Shown: positions 1 to 9,629 of the stretch, one piece after another | How positions within the stretch are numbered: position 1 is the stretch's first letter | How the letters are laid out: every line of letters begins with the position of its first letter | The notes under the pieces: generated by a model | Databases searched by the model: none | What the model was told of the DNA's origin: nothing | The model's input: the letters and a program-made list of their open reading frames with translations, nothing else | Position numbers and translations under genes: made by a program | NCBI GenBank assembly: GCA_965198225.1 | Contig: CBDAOY010000003.1 | Span: 32,001-96,000 of the forward strand | Direction: 5' to 3' | Length of the DNA: 64,000 nt | Origin: Terriglobia bacterium | GTDB lineage: Bacteria; Acidobacteriota; Terriglobia; 20CM-2-55-15

Positions 1-489
1 GCGTGCTCCAATATCCGCTTCCTTCTTCGAGTCTCCCCTTCAGCCTGATTCATCGGTACAGTCTCCTTTGAGTCCTTTAAGGACAGGATAAAACTGTCCG
101 ACAAGCTCCTACATATATACAGGGACCCTTAGCGTGCGATTTTGCTCCGTTACTGTCGGAACCCCTATTATCTTGGTCGACCTTCAATCTCATGAACGTC
201 AGGCGTTCCCATATGATCGTGCGACACTGCTTCGTGCGATTATTAGCCGGTGACGTGGCCGACCGGTTCGCACCATACGACCGACAAAAGCCATTGGTCA
301 ACAGTGACGTACGTAGCGTTACCGATCGTGTGATCGCGTACGGCAAGTGGTGCCCCGATGTGTCCTACGTCGCAGTTCTCCACGAATTCACTAGGACAAC
401 GTGATCCATTCGTGGGGGCACTGGTACTGTCGATCCAGCCGTCGTAGCATATTTCCCCGGATTCCTCCGACTGATAGCGCAAGATTCGA

Positions 490-615
490 ATGGCCATTCT
501 GAGAACCGACATCGAAAGGGCTCTTGATGAACTCACCTCTCAAGAGGAAGGGATGCGTTTTCAGGGGCTGGCGGTAGTAATCGGCAAGAAGCGCTGGCCC
601 GAACTCATCGCCTAG
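490..615 (+). pseudogene. Short truncated ORF (MAILRTDIERALDELTSQEEGMRFQGLAVVIGKKRWPELIA*) ending at the IS target site
   Basis: ATG at 490; protein-like frame stops at the TAG within the CTAG duplicated by the IS; no convincing continuation after the IS. Confidence 0.4.
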
Positions 616-1692
616 GAGTCTGCGCGGCAGAAGGACCGGAATTGGGCGGATAAAGATCGAAGATATGTCATGGCACGAACCTATCGGACTTATAGCCCAG
701 AACAAACACTGCTGATGCCACCGTCGTTGAGAGATTGGTTGGCCGAAGATCACCTGTCGTACTTCATATCGGACGCGGTGGACGCGATGGATTTGAGCGC
801 GTTCGAACAGCGGTATGGAACCGAGGGTCCGGGCACCTGGCCACGATACAGGCGGCCATGAAGCGGCTCGAAGAACGTCAGATGGCCGCGGACAAGGAAG
901 CGGGACGGAACACCAAAGATCACAAACCCGGATGCGGAAAGAAGCCATTCAAACGTCCCATGGGGGAACCTAAACCCACGGCCCAGGACAACTTCACCGA
1001 CCCGGAAAGCCGGATGATGAAGACCTCCACCGAAGGGTTCCAGCAATGCTACAACGCGCAAGCGGTGGTGGATTCCCAGGCCCGGATCATCGTGGCAACA
1101 ACGGTGACTGACAATGCATCGGATGTGGGGCAGTTGGAACCCACGCTGGATGCGTTGAGCGACAATCTGGGGGAGCGTCCCGACCGCGTGCTGGCCGATG
1201 CGGGATATCGATCCGAGTCAAATCTGGGGATGTTGGAACAACGTCAGATTGACGGGTATGTTGCGATGGGTCGCGAGAAGGATCTCGCCCGTGCCCCACT
1301 CCCACCCAAAGACACCGCTGTTGGTCGGATGATGAGAAAGATGAAAACCAAGCGTGGGCGTGACCGCTACCGGGCCCGAAAGCACATTGGTGAGCCGCCC
1401 TTCGGGTGGATCAAGTCGGTGCTCGGATTCCGACAGTTCAGTCTACGCGGTTTGGACAAAGTGACCGGGGAGTGGAATCTGGTCACTCTGGCGGTGAACT
1501 TACGACGGATGAACGGGAAGATCGAATGGGCATAATCCGGAAAACCGCAACCCGGCAGACCCGATACACGGCCAATTACGGGTGTCCGTACAACTCTGAA
1601 CTCGTCGTATCGGAAGAATCGGTCGATTCTCCTCCGAAGACCCTCTCAAATCCCAATCAGTCCGAGTTCTTTGCGCTCTGCCGCGCAGACTC
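616..1692 (+). mobile_element. IS1182-like insertion sequence, internally deleted (1077 bp)
   Basis: Perfect 16-bp terminal inverted repeats GAGTCTGCGCGGCAGA (616-631) / TCTGCCGCGCAGACTC (1677-1692), flanked by CTAG direct repeats (612-615, 1693-1696). Confidence 0.9.
670..1535 (+). pseudogene. IS1182-family DDE transposase, split by an internal deletion/frame change near 830
   Basis: N-terminus MARTYRTYSPEQTLLMPPSLRDWLAEDHL (670 frame) joined out of frame to the C-terminal half with NFTDPESRMMK, QCYNAQ, LADAGY, EPPFGWIK, FRQFSLRGL. Confidence 0.85.
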
Positions 1693-1744
1693 CTAGGCGA
1701 CGGAATTACGTCTGTGCCGCCCTTGGTTTCTTGGATTGTCCCTG

Positions 1745-1834
1745 GTGGCACCGGTCAGGAATGCGCCCTACTGGTCCATCAGCAGGCTGCGCTTCGCGAA
1801 CACATCCGAACGGAAATAGGCCCCCTCGACGCCG
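1745..1834 (-). repeat. 90-bp copy of the integrase 3' coding region (direct repeat of 5060-5149)
   Basis: Manual alignment 85/90 identical; encodes GVEGAYFRSDVFAKRSLLMDQ* versus GVEGAYFRSDLFAKRRLLMDQW in the intact integrase. Confidence 0.9.
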
Positions 1835-1923
1835 AGCACGATTCCAAAGTGAGATCTGACCGACCATCGCCGAAGGACACGATCGAAACCCAACATGTCT
1901 CGCGGGCCGAAGCACGCATTGCG

Positions 1924-4434
1924 GTGAGACGAAGCGGGCTCGCATCGGTTCTGTACGGAATCGTTCGTCCAGGACACGCCAGGGCTGCGACGGTGAACGC
2001 GAACGCATTGACACTGACGTTTGCGTTCCGATCCAAGGAAATACCTCTCGGCAAGATCGATACGGCAGAGCTCAAGGCAGGGCGGTGCTGGGGCCATGTT
2101 CGGATCCGGCATGTCGCCGGAAACGTGGTCGTGTCGGGGCTGTCGCCCTCCGATGCGACGTCGCTCGCCAGGACGCTGGAAGCGGCGAGAGTCGATTGGT
2201 GGCGCGAGATGCTCGCGGCTCAGTTCGAATCCCTCCGTTCGGTTCACGCGCGCGTCTCGAAGCTTGAGACGCCGCCGAGATACATGACCAACAGTGTCTG
2301 GAGCGATTTGGAACTTGCCGCGCAGAAGGTGGCCGGCCAATTCGCAGCCCGATGTCCGGCCACGCTGTCGAGAACCCCGGAAGTCCAGACGCTAAAGCCG
2401 ATTCGGGACTTTCTGGAAGGCGGCGATCCGCTCAGGGCGAGGGTCAACCAGGCGTTCGTAATGAGTGAACTGAACGAATGCCGACAATTCTTCGACCGCG
2501 TGGAGACGCGGCCGCTCACGGAAGAGCAACGCAAGGCGGTCGTGGTCGATGAAGAGCGGAACCTGGTCGTTGCCGCGGCCGGCAGCGGCAAGACCTCGGT
2601 GATCGTGGCCAAGGCCGGCTGGTTTCTCCATAGAGGCTACCGGCGCCCGTCGGAGCTACTGCTCCTGGCGTTCGCGAAAGACGCCCGGGACGAGATGGAA
2701 GTGCGGGTCCGCAAGCGCCTCGGCAACGAAGCGGCATCCGGCATTGAAGTGAAGACGTTTCACAGCCTGGGAATGGCGATCATCGGCGAAGCCGACGGGA
2801 AGCGTCCGGCGTTGGCCAAGGCTGCGGAAGATGAAAAGGCGCTGATCGACCTGCTCAAGCGCATCGTTGCTGATCTGGCCGCCGACGGAGGATTCTGGAA
2901 ACTGTTGCTGAGTTGGTTCCAGTCTCAGTTCGCACCCTACAGGGGCGAGCACGAATTCCGGAGCCAAGGCGAGTATTGGAGCTACATCCGACGGCATGAG
3001 ATCCGGTCGCTGAACGGAGAACAGGTCCGGAGTTACGAGGAGTGTGAGGTCGCAAACCTCCTCTTCCTTAACGGCGTATCCTACGAGTACGAACGCGTCT
3101 ATGAGCACGACACGGCGACGCCGGAGAAGGGACCCTACAAGCCGGACTTCTATCTGCCCGGCGCCGGGATCTACATCGAGCACTTCGGGATCGACGCTGC
3201 TGGAAATACCGCGCCGTATGTTCCACGGAAGAAATATCTCGATGACATGGCGTGGAAGCGCCAAACGCATGCCGAACACGGCACCATTCTGATCGAGACC
3301 TTCAGCCACGAACACGCCGCCGGCAGGTTGACCGAGAATCTGGCCGCGAAACTGAAAGCTCTCGGGGTAATGATGGCCCCGATACGACGCGACGAGGTCT
3401 TTGCAGTGCTCGATCGGCAGGGACGGATCGGTCCGTTCATGCGCATGCTGGCGACCTTTCTCAAGCACTACAAGGACTCCCGTCTGACATTCCGGGAACT
3501 CGCCCGCCGTGCCACCACGCTTCGAAACCGATTGCGAGCCGAAGCCTTCCTCGCCGTGTTCCGCCCCGTCTTCGAGCGCTACGAGGAAGGACTCCATCGA
3601 TCCGGGCAGATCGATTTCGACGAGATGATCACCCGGGCGACCGACCACGTCGAAACTGGGCGTTATCGCAAGCGGTTCGGCTACATCCTTGTCGACGAGT
3701 TCCAGGACATTTCACCAGGCCGGGCAAGGCTGCTCAAGGCGCTGCTGGAGCAGTCGCCGAGCGCCCAGTTGTTCGCCGTCGGCGATGACTGGCAGGCGAT
3801 ATTCCGGTTCGCCGGCTCCGATATCGCCATCATGCGCGAGTTCGAAGAGCGTTTCGGCAAGAGCGAGCGGGTGGATCTGGAAACGACCTTCCGATGCGCT
3901 GATGGCATCGCCCGAGTCGCGACCAAGTTCGTTCTCCGAAATCCCGCTCAGATTCGTAAAACCGTACGTTCAACGCTGAAAGCGCAGGGGCCGTGCGTGC
4001 ATGTGGGTCTTTCGGTGACGGAAGATCGTCCGTTGTTGAACGAAGCGCTGAACAGGATCGAGGCCGATGCCGCAACGCATCAGGGAGTATCGAGCGTCAT
4101 GCTGTTGAGCCGGTACAGACATCTGCGCCCGCAGAACCTGTCCAGTTTGGCCACGCAGTATCCCCGTTTGCGGCTCTCTTGGATGACCGTGCACGGCTCA
4201 AAAGGGCTCGAAGCCGACTATGTGGTGGTCCTCGGTCTGTGCTCGGGAAAATGGGCTTTTCCGACGGAGGTCGCCGACGACCCGATCCTGAGCCTGGCGC
4301 TCGCGGCTCCGGAGGACCATCCCAATGCCGAGGAGCGGCGTTTGTTCTATGTCGCCATGACTCGCGCCCGGCGCCATGCCTTCCTTCTCGCGGATGGCGG
4401 CCCGGCCCGGCTTCCTCGTTCGTCCAGGAGTTGA
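1924..4434 (+). CDS. helD: DNA helicase IV (HelD)-like UvrD/SF1 helicase with inserted PD-(D/E)xK-like nuclease domain; C-terminus frameshifted; start uncertain
   Basis: Helicase IV-like N-domain, Walker A AAAGSGKT, DEFQD, VGDDWQAIFRFAG, TVHGSKGLE, EERRLFYVAMTRA; insert with RSYEECEVAN...YKPDFYL...YIEHFG. ORF open from 1714 but that part overlaps the integrase-derived repeat. Confidence 0.8.
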   Translation: MRRSGLASVLYGIVRPGHARAATVNANALTLTFAFRSKEIPLGKIDTAELKAGRCWGHVRIRHVAGNVVVSGLSPSDATSLARTLEAARVDWWREMLAAQFESLRSVHARVSKLETPPRYMTNSVWSDLELAAQKVAGQFAARCPATLSRTPEVQTLKPIRDFLEGGDPLRARVNQAFVMSELNECRQFFDRVETRPLTEEQRKAVVVDEERNLVVAAAGSGKTSVIVAKAGWFLHRGYRRPSELLLLAFAKDARDEMEVRVRKRLGNEAASGIEVKTFHSLGMAIIGEADGKRPALAKAAEDEKALIDLLKRIVADLAADGGFWKLLLSWFQSQFAPYRGEHEFRSQGEYWSYIRRHEIRSLNGEQVRSYEECEVANLLFLNGVSYEYERVYEHDTATPEKGPYKPDFYLPGAGIYIEHFGIDAAGNTAPYVPRKKYLDDMAWKRQTHAEHGTILIETFSHEHAAGRLTENLAAKLKALGVMMAPIRRDEVFAVLDRQGRIGPFMRMLATFLKHYKDSRLTFRELARRATTLRNRLRAEAFLAVFRPVFERYEEGLHRSGQIDFDEMITRATDHVETGRYRKRFGYILVDEFQDISPGRARLLKALLEQSPSAQLFAVGDDWQAIFRFAGSDIAIMREFEERFGKSERVDLETTFRCADGIARVATKFVLRNPAQIRKTVRSTLKAQGPCVHVGLSVTEDRPLLNEALNRIEADAATHQGVSSVMLLSRYRHLRPQNLSSLATQYPRLRLSWMTVHGSKGLEADYVVVLGLCSGKWAFPTEVADDPILSLALAAPEDHPNAEERRLFYVAMTRARRHAFLLADGGPARLPRSSRS

Positions 4435-4853
4435 TCGACGGAAGTTATGACATTACCGTCTTCGGACGCCTACCGGAAAGCAAAGTGCCGTGTCCAAAAT
4501 GCGTCGAAGGCCACCTCGTACGCCGGGAAAACGCTCGGGACCGTGGCACCTTCTATGGCTGTTCAAACTGGCCATACTGCGAGCACGCGCAGGCCCCGTG
4601 TCCCAACTGCGGGAAGGGACTGCCGGTCAAGAAAGACGGGGAATTCCATTGCCGCAACTGCGGCAAGTCGGTCGAGGCCTGCCCGAATGGTGACGGCTGG
4701 CTGCGAACGCGGACCGGCACGTACGGCCGCTTCCTCGGTTGTTCGAACTGGCCCGCGTGCGATTACACCCGCGATTTTCGCCAAGAACGAAAGAGGCGCG
4801 GGACTCCAGCCGGGTTCGCCGGGTGGTCAGGGCAAAGGTTCGGGCGAAAGTAG
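4406..4853 (+). pseudogene. Topoisomerase-type C4 zinc-ribbon C-terminus of the helicase, displaced by a 5-bp duplication
   Basis: CPKC...FYGCSNWPYC, CPNC, CRNC, FLGCSNWPAC; removing one CCCGG at 4401-4410 fuses it in frame (DGGPASSFVQELIDG). Confidence 0.8.
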
Positions 4854-5013
4854 ATAGACCCGACAGTTCGGTTTTTGCGCGGGAATCTCGGCAAATCGGT
4901 CGCGTCCCGTGGCAAGGAGGATCGAGTCAACAACCCGGGACTCTGGAGGCAAGAACTGATGCTCTAATCGTCGCTTCACTCCCGCGGGCGTTCACCATCA
5001 TCGGAATCGGGCA

Positions 5014-6207
5014 TCACGATGCCCGGAACCGGCGTTCGCGATCATCTGAATACGCAGTAGTGGCGCCGGTCAGGAATGCGCCCCACTGGTCCATCAGCAG
5101 GCGGCGCTTCGCGAACAAATCCGAACGGAAATAAGCCCCCTCGACGCCGCCGACAACGTGCGCCAAAGCCGCCTCGGCGACCTCACGCGGCTTGCCCGTC
5201 TCGGCGCACCAATCCCTGAAGCTCGATCTGAAACCGTGTACGGTCGCCTTGTCTGCGAGACCTCGATCCCGCAGCACCTTTGTCAATGTCATGTTGCTCA
5301 GCGGCTTTCCCGGCCTCAGCGGTGACGGGAAGACCAAGTCGGAACCATCATTGAGTGCCTGCGCTTGTTCGAGCACGCCGAGCACGGCATCGCTGAGCGG
5401 CACTCGATGCTCTCGCTGTGACTTCATTCGCGTTGACGGGATCGTCCACACCGTTTGATCCGTGTGGATCTCGTCCCAGCGCGCGAAACGCGCCTCGCCG
5501 GACCGTGCCGCCGTCAGCACCAGAAATCGAAGGCACAGTTTTGCGGACATGGAGGCCCCGGACGCTTCCACGGTGTCGAGCGCCGCCCTGACCTCCTGAT
5601 AGGGGAGAGCATGAAAGTGAGTCTTAACGGCAGGCATGGCAGGTAGTGCGCCACTGATCGCATCACCGGCGACGTTACGATCGATAAAGCCGTGAGCCTC
5701 GCACCACCGCAAGACGGTTCGGATACGCTGCCGAACGCGGCGAGCGGTTTCCATGCGGGTGCCCCAGATCGGCGTCAGGACGCGCAGCACATCCTCCCGG
5801 CCGATCCGGTCGACAGGCATATCTCCCAACACTGGGAAGGCGTGACGTTGAAGTGTTTGTATCCAGGAAACGGTGTGGTGGTCATTGCGCCAGCGCGGCT
5901 TGAGCGTCGCATGGGTCTTTTCAGTGGCCTGTCGAAACGTTGGCACTTTCGCCTTGCGTTTCTCGGCGAGCGGATCGCCGCCGGTTCGCGCGAGCCTGCG
6001 ATTCTGGAACGCGGCCTCCCGCGCCTCTGCCAGACTCACCAGCGGAAAACCTCCAAGACCAATGTCGCGGCGCTTGCCGTCAATCGTCAGTCGCTGCACC
6101 CAGCTTTTCGATCCGCCGGGCGCGACGCGCAAAAACAACGTGGCGCCATCGCCGTGCATGCCCCGTTTTGTGATTGATTTTCCCTTAGCGACCGTCAGCC
6201 TTCCCAA
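5014..6207 (-). CDS. P4/IntA-type tyrosine recombinase (integrase) with arm-binding domain
   Basis: DGATLFLRV...GKRRDIGLGGFPLVSLAEARE arm domain; LTAARSGE, MK, HRVPL, HGFRSSFRDW, LAH, AY catalytic motifs; lies directly downstream of the tmRNA 3' end. Confidence 0.93.
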   Translation of the reverse strand: MGRLTVAKGKSITKRGMHGDGATLFLRVAPGGSKSWVQRLTIDGKRRDIGLGGFPLVSLAEAREAAFQNRRLARTGGDPLAEKRKAKVPTFRQATEKTHATLKPRWRNDHHTVSWIQTLQRHAFPVLGDMPVDRIGREDVLRVLTPIWGTRMETARRVRQRIRTVLRWCEAHGFIDRNVAGDAISGALPAMPAVKTHFHALPYQEVRAALDTVEASGASMSAKLCLRFLVLTAARSGEARFARWDEIHTDQTVWTIPSTRMKSQREHRVPLSDAVLGVLEQAQALNDGSDLVFPSPLRPGKPLSNMTLTKVLRDRGLADKATVHGFRSSFRDWCAETGKPREVAEAALAHVVGGVEGAYFRSDLFAKRRLLMDQWGAFLTGATTAYSDDRERRFRAS

Positions 6208-6355
6208 GTCTTACCCCACGTTATTTCCAACGTTCTATCGGGGATTTTATGGGAACGAACATTGCAAGCCTCTATTTGACAATTAACTCCAATATTATCA
6301 TTTATATAATGGTCTTTCTGAGACACTACGGGCTCTAATTGGACAAGGATAAAAA

Positions 6356-6707
6356 TGGAGGCGGCGGGAATCGAACCCGCGTCCGAAAACGTTCAACAGA
6401 AGAGTCTACATACATATCAGGTTCCGATTTGTCTCACGTCCGGCGCGAGGGAACCTGCAACTTCACCGGAACGCCAGCCCGTTGGATTCGCCCCGGCCGG
6501 CCGGGCCAGTCGACCGGGGCTATCCTGCATAAAGTCGTCGCTCTAAGAAAAACCTACAGGCGAATCTTTCGAAGAACGTAGCCGCTTAAGCGGCTAGTGC
6601 TAACTGATTGTCAGCAGTTGATTGTTTTTCCACGGGTTTTACGAGGATCGCGGAACCTCGGCATGCATCTCCTGCCTCATCGCATCCGTCGAAACCGGTG
6701 CGCCCCC
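6356..6707 (-). ncRNA. ssrA: tmRNA, tag peptide (A)ADNQLALAA*
   Basis: 5' GGGGGCGCACCGGTTTCGACGG; 3' GCGGGTTCGATTCCCGCCGCCTCCA T-arm/acceptor with G3-U wobble; internal frame GCT GAC AAT CAG TTA GCA CTA GCC GCT TAA. Confidence 0.96.
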
Positions 6708-6720
6708 GGCAGTCTATTCA

Positions 6721-6749
6721 TTTATAGGGCCCACGCGCCGACCTGTCAA
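6721..6749 (-). promoter_or_regulatory. Sigma70 promoter of ssrA
   Basis: TTGACA (6749-6744), 17 bp, TATAAA (6726-6721). Confidence 0.75.
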
Positions 6750-6790
6750 TCCGCGGTCGATAGCGCGCCACCCAGGGCCCCCTTCGATCG

Positions 6791-6822
6791 ACTCGTCACT
6801 TGTCACTCGTCACTCGTCACTT
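6791..6822 (+). repeat. 7-bp tandem repeat (TCACTCG/TCACTTG)
   Basis: actcgtcacttgtcactcgtcactcgtcactt. Confidence 0.75.
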
Positions 6823-6877
6823 TCCAGGGGTACGAACCGACGGAAGTCACTAGAAACGTTAGCTTTGCGGGCCCCTA

Positions 6878-6886
6878 TGCTATAAT
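6878..6886 (+). promoter_or_regulatory. Extended -10 promoter element
   Basis: TGCTATAAT ending 26 bp before the 6913 start; GGAGG RBS at 6901. Confidence 0.55.
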
Positions 6887-6912
6887 CCGACCTTTCTTCC
6901 GGAGGTCGACTC

Positions 6913-8166
6913 ATGTCGGGGAATTCACCTTCAAATCCACCTGAGGGCAAAACAACTCTCGATCGGCTGCTGGGGGCCGCATCTCCCGCGATGGCGGAAG
7001 AGCTGGACCGCATCATGCAAGAATTTCGCGCCTCCCTCGAGGTCGAGTTCAACGTTCGATTGAAGAAGGCCCTCCTGGAAAAGGAGGCCGATTTCCGCGC
7101 TGAGGCGGACGAGGATCGCCGTCAGGCTGTGGAGGAGACCGAAAAGTCGGTCCGAGTCGGTGTGACCGCGAAGCTCGAGGCCCGGTTCAAGGCGGATTTG
7201 TCGTCCCAACTCCAGGAACTGCGAACCCGGCTGGAAGAGCAAGCACGGCAGGCGATCGATGCTTTGAAGTCCGAGCAGGAGCAGAGGGTGGAGAGGGAAC
7301 GCGAGTCGGTCCGTCTGGGAGTGACGGCGGAGATGGAAGCCCGCTTCAAGGGAGACCTTCAATCGCAGCTCGAGCAATTGCGCGCCAGCATGGAGCAGGA
7401 AGCAAGAGAGGCCGAGGAACGTTTGAAGAAGGAAGCTAGGGAAACGGTCGAACGATTGAAGGAACAAGGCAAAGAGGTTGCCAAGCAAGTCGACCGCTGG
7501 CGCCTGCTCGCCGAATTCAGCCGCCGCATCGGGGATGCCTCTTCACAGGTCGAGATCCTCGCGCGGTTCCTGAGAGCGGCAGGACAGTTTTCGGCCGGTG
7601 TCGCCATGTACCTGAACAAACCGGAAGGTCTGGAGCTGTGGAAGAGCGCTGGCGACAATGCCTTCCCTGATCTGATTTCGGAGGAGACGATCGACCCGGA
7701 ATGGTACTTCTCAGAGATCGTCGTTCGCGACAAGACGGTCGCCGCCATTTGTGCGGCGGGGGTCGAGGATCGTGAATCTCTCCTCGTTCTCGTCGAAGGC
7801 CTGACCAAGGCGATCGAGAACTTCGGGTTGCGCATCCGGTTCTTTGGACCCCCATCCTCGTCCGAAACGGACGAGGAAAACGACGCCGACCGGCGCCAGG
7901 AAGAGACCCGGGCCGAGGCCCGACGGCTGGCCCGGATGCTGGTCTCGGAAATCAAACTCGGCTACGAAAAAGAAGTGCAGGAAGGCCGGGCGAATTCCGA
8001 TCTATACAGCCGGCTCCACAAGGAAATCGACTTGAGCCGTGAGACATACCGGCGGCAGTTTGCGGCTACTATGGACGGCGAAGATTACTTTCACGAGGAG
8101 ATCGTGAAGATTCTCGCAGACAACGATCCGGGACGGCTCGGGGAAGGCTATCCGGGCCCCGCTTAG
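6913..8166 (+). CDS. Hypothetical coiled-coil protein with internal duplication, possible degenerate GAF-like region and helical C-terminal domain
   Basis: 417 aa, good RBS; repeat SVRVGVTAKLEARFKADLSSQLQELR / SVRLGVTAEMEARFKGDLQSQLEQLR; C-terminal ARRLARMLVSEIKL...DYFHEEIVKILA. Confidence 0.75.
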   Translation: MSGNSPSNPPEGKTTLDRLLGAASPAMAEELDRIMQEFRASLEVEFNVRLKKALLEKEADFRAEADEDRRQAVEETEKSVRVGVTAKLEARFKADLSSQLQELRTRLEEQARQAIDALKSEQEQRVERERESVRLGVTAEMEARFKGDLQSQLEQLRASMEQEAREAEERLKKEARETVERLKEQGKEVAKQVDRWRLLAEFSRRIGDASSQVEILARFLRAAGQFSAGVAMYLNKPEGLELWKSAGDNAFPDLISEETIDPEWYFSEIVVRDKTVAAICAAGVEDRESLLVLVEGLTKAIENFGLRIRFFGPPSSSETDEENDADRRQEETRAEARRLARMLVSEIKLGYEKEVQEGRANSDLYSRLHKEIDLSRETYRRQFAATMDGEDYFHEEIVKILADNDPGRLGEGYPGPA

Positions 8167-8180
8167 GAGTAATCATTCCG

Positions 8181-9359
8181 ATGTTCAACAAGCCGATCTC
8201 TCGTAAAGCGGAGCAGTTCACCGAATCGGTGATCCGGGAAATGACCCGGCTCGCGCTCCAACACAACGCGATCAACCTGTCCCAGGGCTTTCCCGATTTT
8301 CCCGCCCCGGACGTCCTTAAAAAAGCAGCCGCGGACGCGGTGTTCGCCGATGTGAACCAGTATGCGATCACATGGGGAGCGAAGAGCTTCCGTGACGCTC
8401 TTGTCGAGAAGACCAAGCACTTCATGGGGATCGATATTGATCCGGAGCGGGAGATCACGGTCGCCTGCGGATCGACCGAAGCGATGATGGATGTCATGCT
8501 GGCCGTCATCAACCCCAGCGACGAGGTGATCGTTTTCGAGCCATTCTACGAGAACTACGGACCCGATGCCATCATCTCGGGCGCCACGCCCCGCTACGTC
8601 CAACTGCGCCGGCCCGACTGGACTTTCGACGAGAAAGAACTCGAAGCGGCCTTCAACGACAATACGAAGGCGCTGATCATGAACACGCCGAACAACCCGA
8701 CTGGGAAGGTCTTCTCGCTGGAAGAGCTCGAACACATCGGGAAGCTCTGCCAGAAATGGGATGTCCTGGTGGTTACCGACGAGATCTACGAGCACATACT
8801 CTACGATGGCGCCAAGCATGTCTCGATGATCCAGGTCGAGGGCATGCGCGACCGAACCATCGTCGTCAACGGCATGTCGAAGACCTACAGCGTGACCGGC
8901 TGGCGCGTGGGTTACTCGATCGCCCCGCCCGAGATCACGAGCGCCATCCGGAAGATGCATGACTTCATCACTGTTGGTGCTCCCGCACCGCTCCAGGAGG
9001 CCGGTGCCGTTGCCATGCGCCTGCCCGATTCTTACTACGAGCAACTGGCTGCGAGCTACCAGATACGACGCGATCGGATGATCAAGATGCTGGATGATGC
9101 GGGGTTCGATTTCATCGTCCCGAAGGGCGCCTACTACATGATGAGCGACATCACACGATGGGGGTACCCGAACGACATCGAGATGTGCAAGTTCCTGGTC
9201 ACTGAAGTCGGCGTCGCAACCGTCCCCGGGAGCAGTTTCTTCAGCAACCCCGAATCTGGCAAGAACCTCATCCGTTTCACCTTCTGCAAGAAGCCCGAAA
9301 CGCTGGCGGCCGCCGAAGAGCGGTTGAAGAAGATGAAGGAGTTGGCAGTTGGAAAGTAG
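8181..9359 (+). CDS. PLP-dependent class I/II aminotransferase
   Basis: INLSQGFPDF, NTPNNPTGKV, DEIY, GMSKTYSVTGWRVGY. Confidence 0.93.
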   Translation: MFNKPISRKAEQFTESVIREMTRLALQHNAINLSQGFPDFPAPDVLKKAAADAVFADVNQYAITWGAKSFRDALVEKTKHFMGIDIDPEREITVACGSTEAMMDVMLAVINPSDEVIVFEPFYENYGPDAIISGATPRYVQLRRPDWTFDEKELEAAFNDNTKALIMNTPNNPTGKVFSLEELEHIGKLCQKWDVLVVTDEIYEHILYDGAKHVSMIQVEGMRDRTIVVNGMSKTYSVTGWRVGYSIAPPEITSAIRKMHDFITVGAPAPLQEAGAVAMRLPDSYYEQLAASYQIRRDRMIKMLDDAGFDFIVPKGAYYMMSDITRWGYPNDIEMCKFLVTEVGVATVPGSSFFSNPESGKNLIRFTFCKKPETLAAAEERLKKMKELAVGK

Positions 9360-9360
9360 T

Positions 9361-9478
9361 GTAGGTGCGCTCTATGAGCGCACATTCGACGAAACAGAAC
9401 AATGTGCGGTCATAGCCGCACCTACACGGGCGTGGGGTTTTGCGGTTCGAAGAATGTGCGGTCATAGACCGCACCTAC
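9361..9478. repeat. GTAG-family REP cluster (3 units)
   Basis: GTAGGTGCGCTCTATGAGCGCAC plus two inverted GTGCGGTCATAG(A)CCGCACCTAC. Confidence 0.85.
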
Positions 9479-9629
9479 ACTTAAGAATGTCAAGAAAATG
9501 TAAACTCGACACCAAATCCTTCCTGGTATCGTCCAAGCATTGTATACACGCCCATGGGGCTCTGTTTTAGGTTTGTGCGCTATAATTCAGCGCAATAGAC
9601 ACCATTAAGTTAGATGGAAGGTTAACCCG

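Larger units (their letters stand above)
1..6355. mobile_element. End of a genomic island integrated at ssrA (extends left beyond the window)
   Basis: Integrase next to the tmRNA 3' end, IS and helicase cargo; the second att copy was not seen in the window. Confidence 0.7.

Noticed and set aside
1-480. Short ORFs at 77-536
   Set aside because: No recognisable motifs or RBS; cannot support a call
1-6355. Second att site (duplicated ssrA 3' end)
   Set aside because: No copy of TGGAGGCGGCGGGAATCG seen left of the integrase; the island boundary is probably outside the window
6356-6390. Stand-alone tRNA
   Set aside because: It is the tRNA-like 3' end of tmRNA; the matching 5' end and tag frame lie within 350 nt
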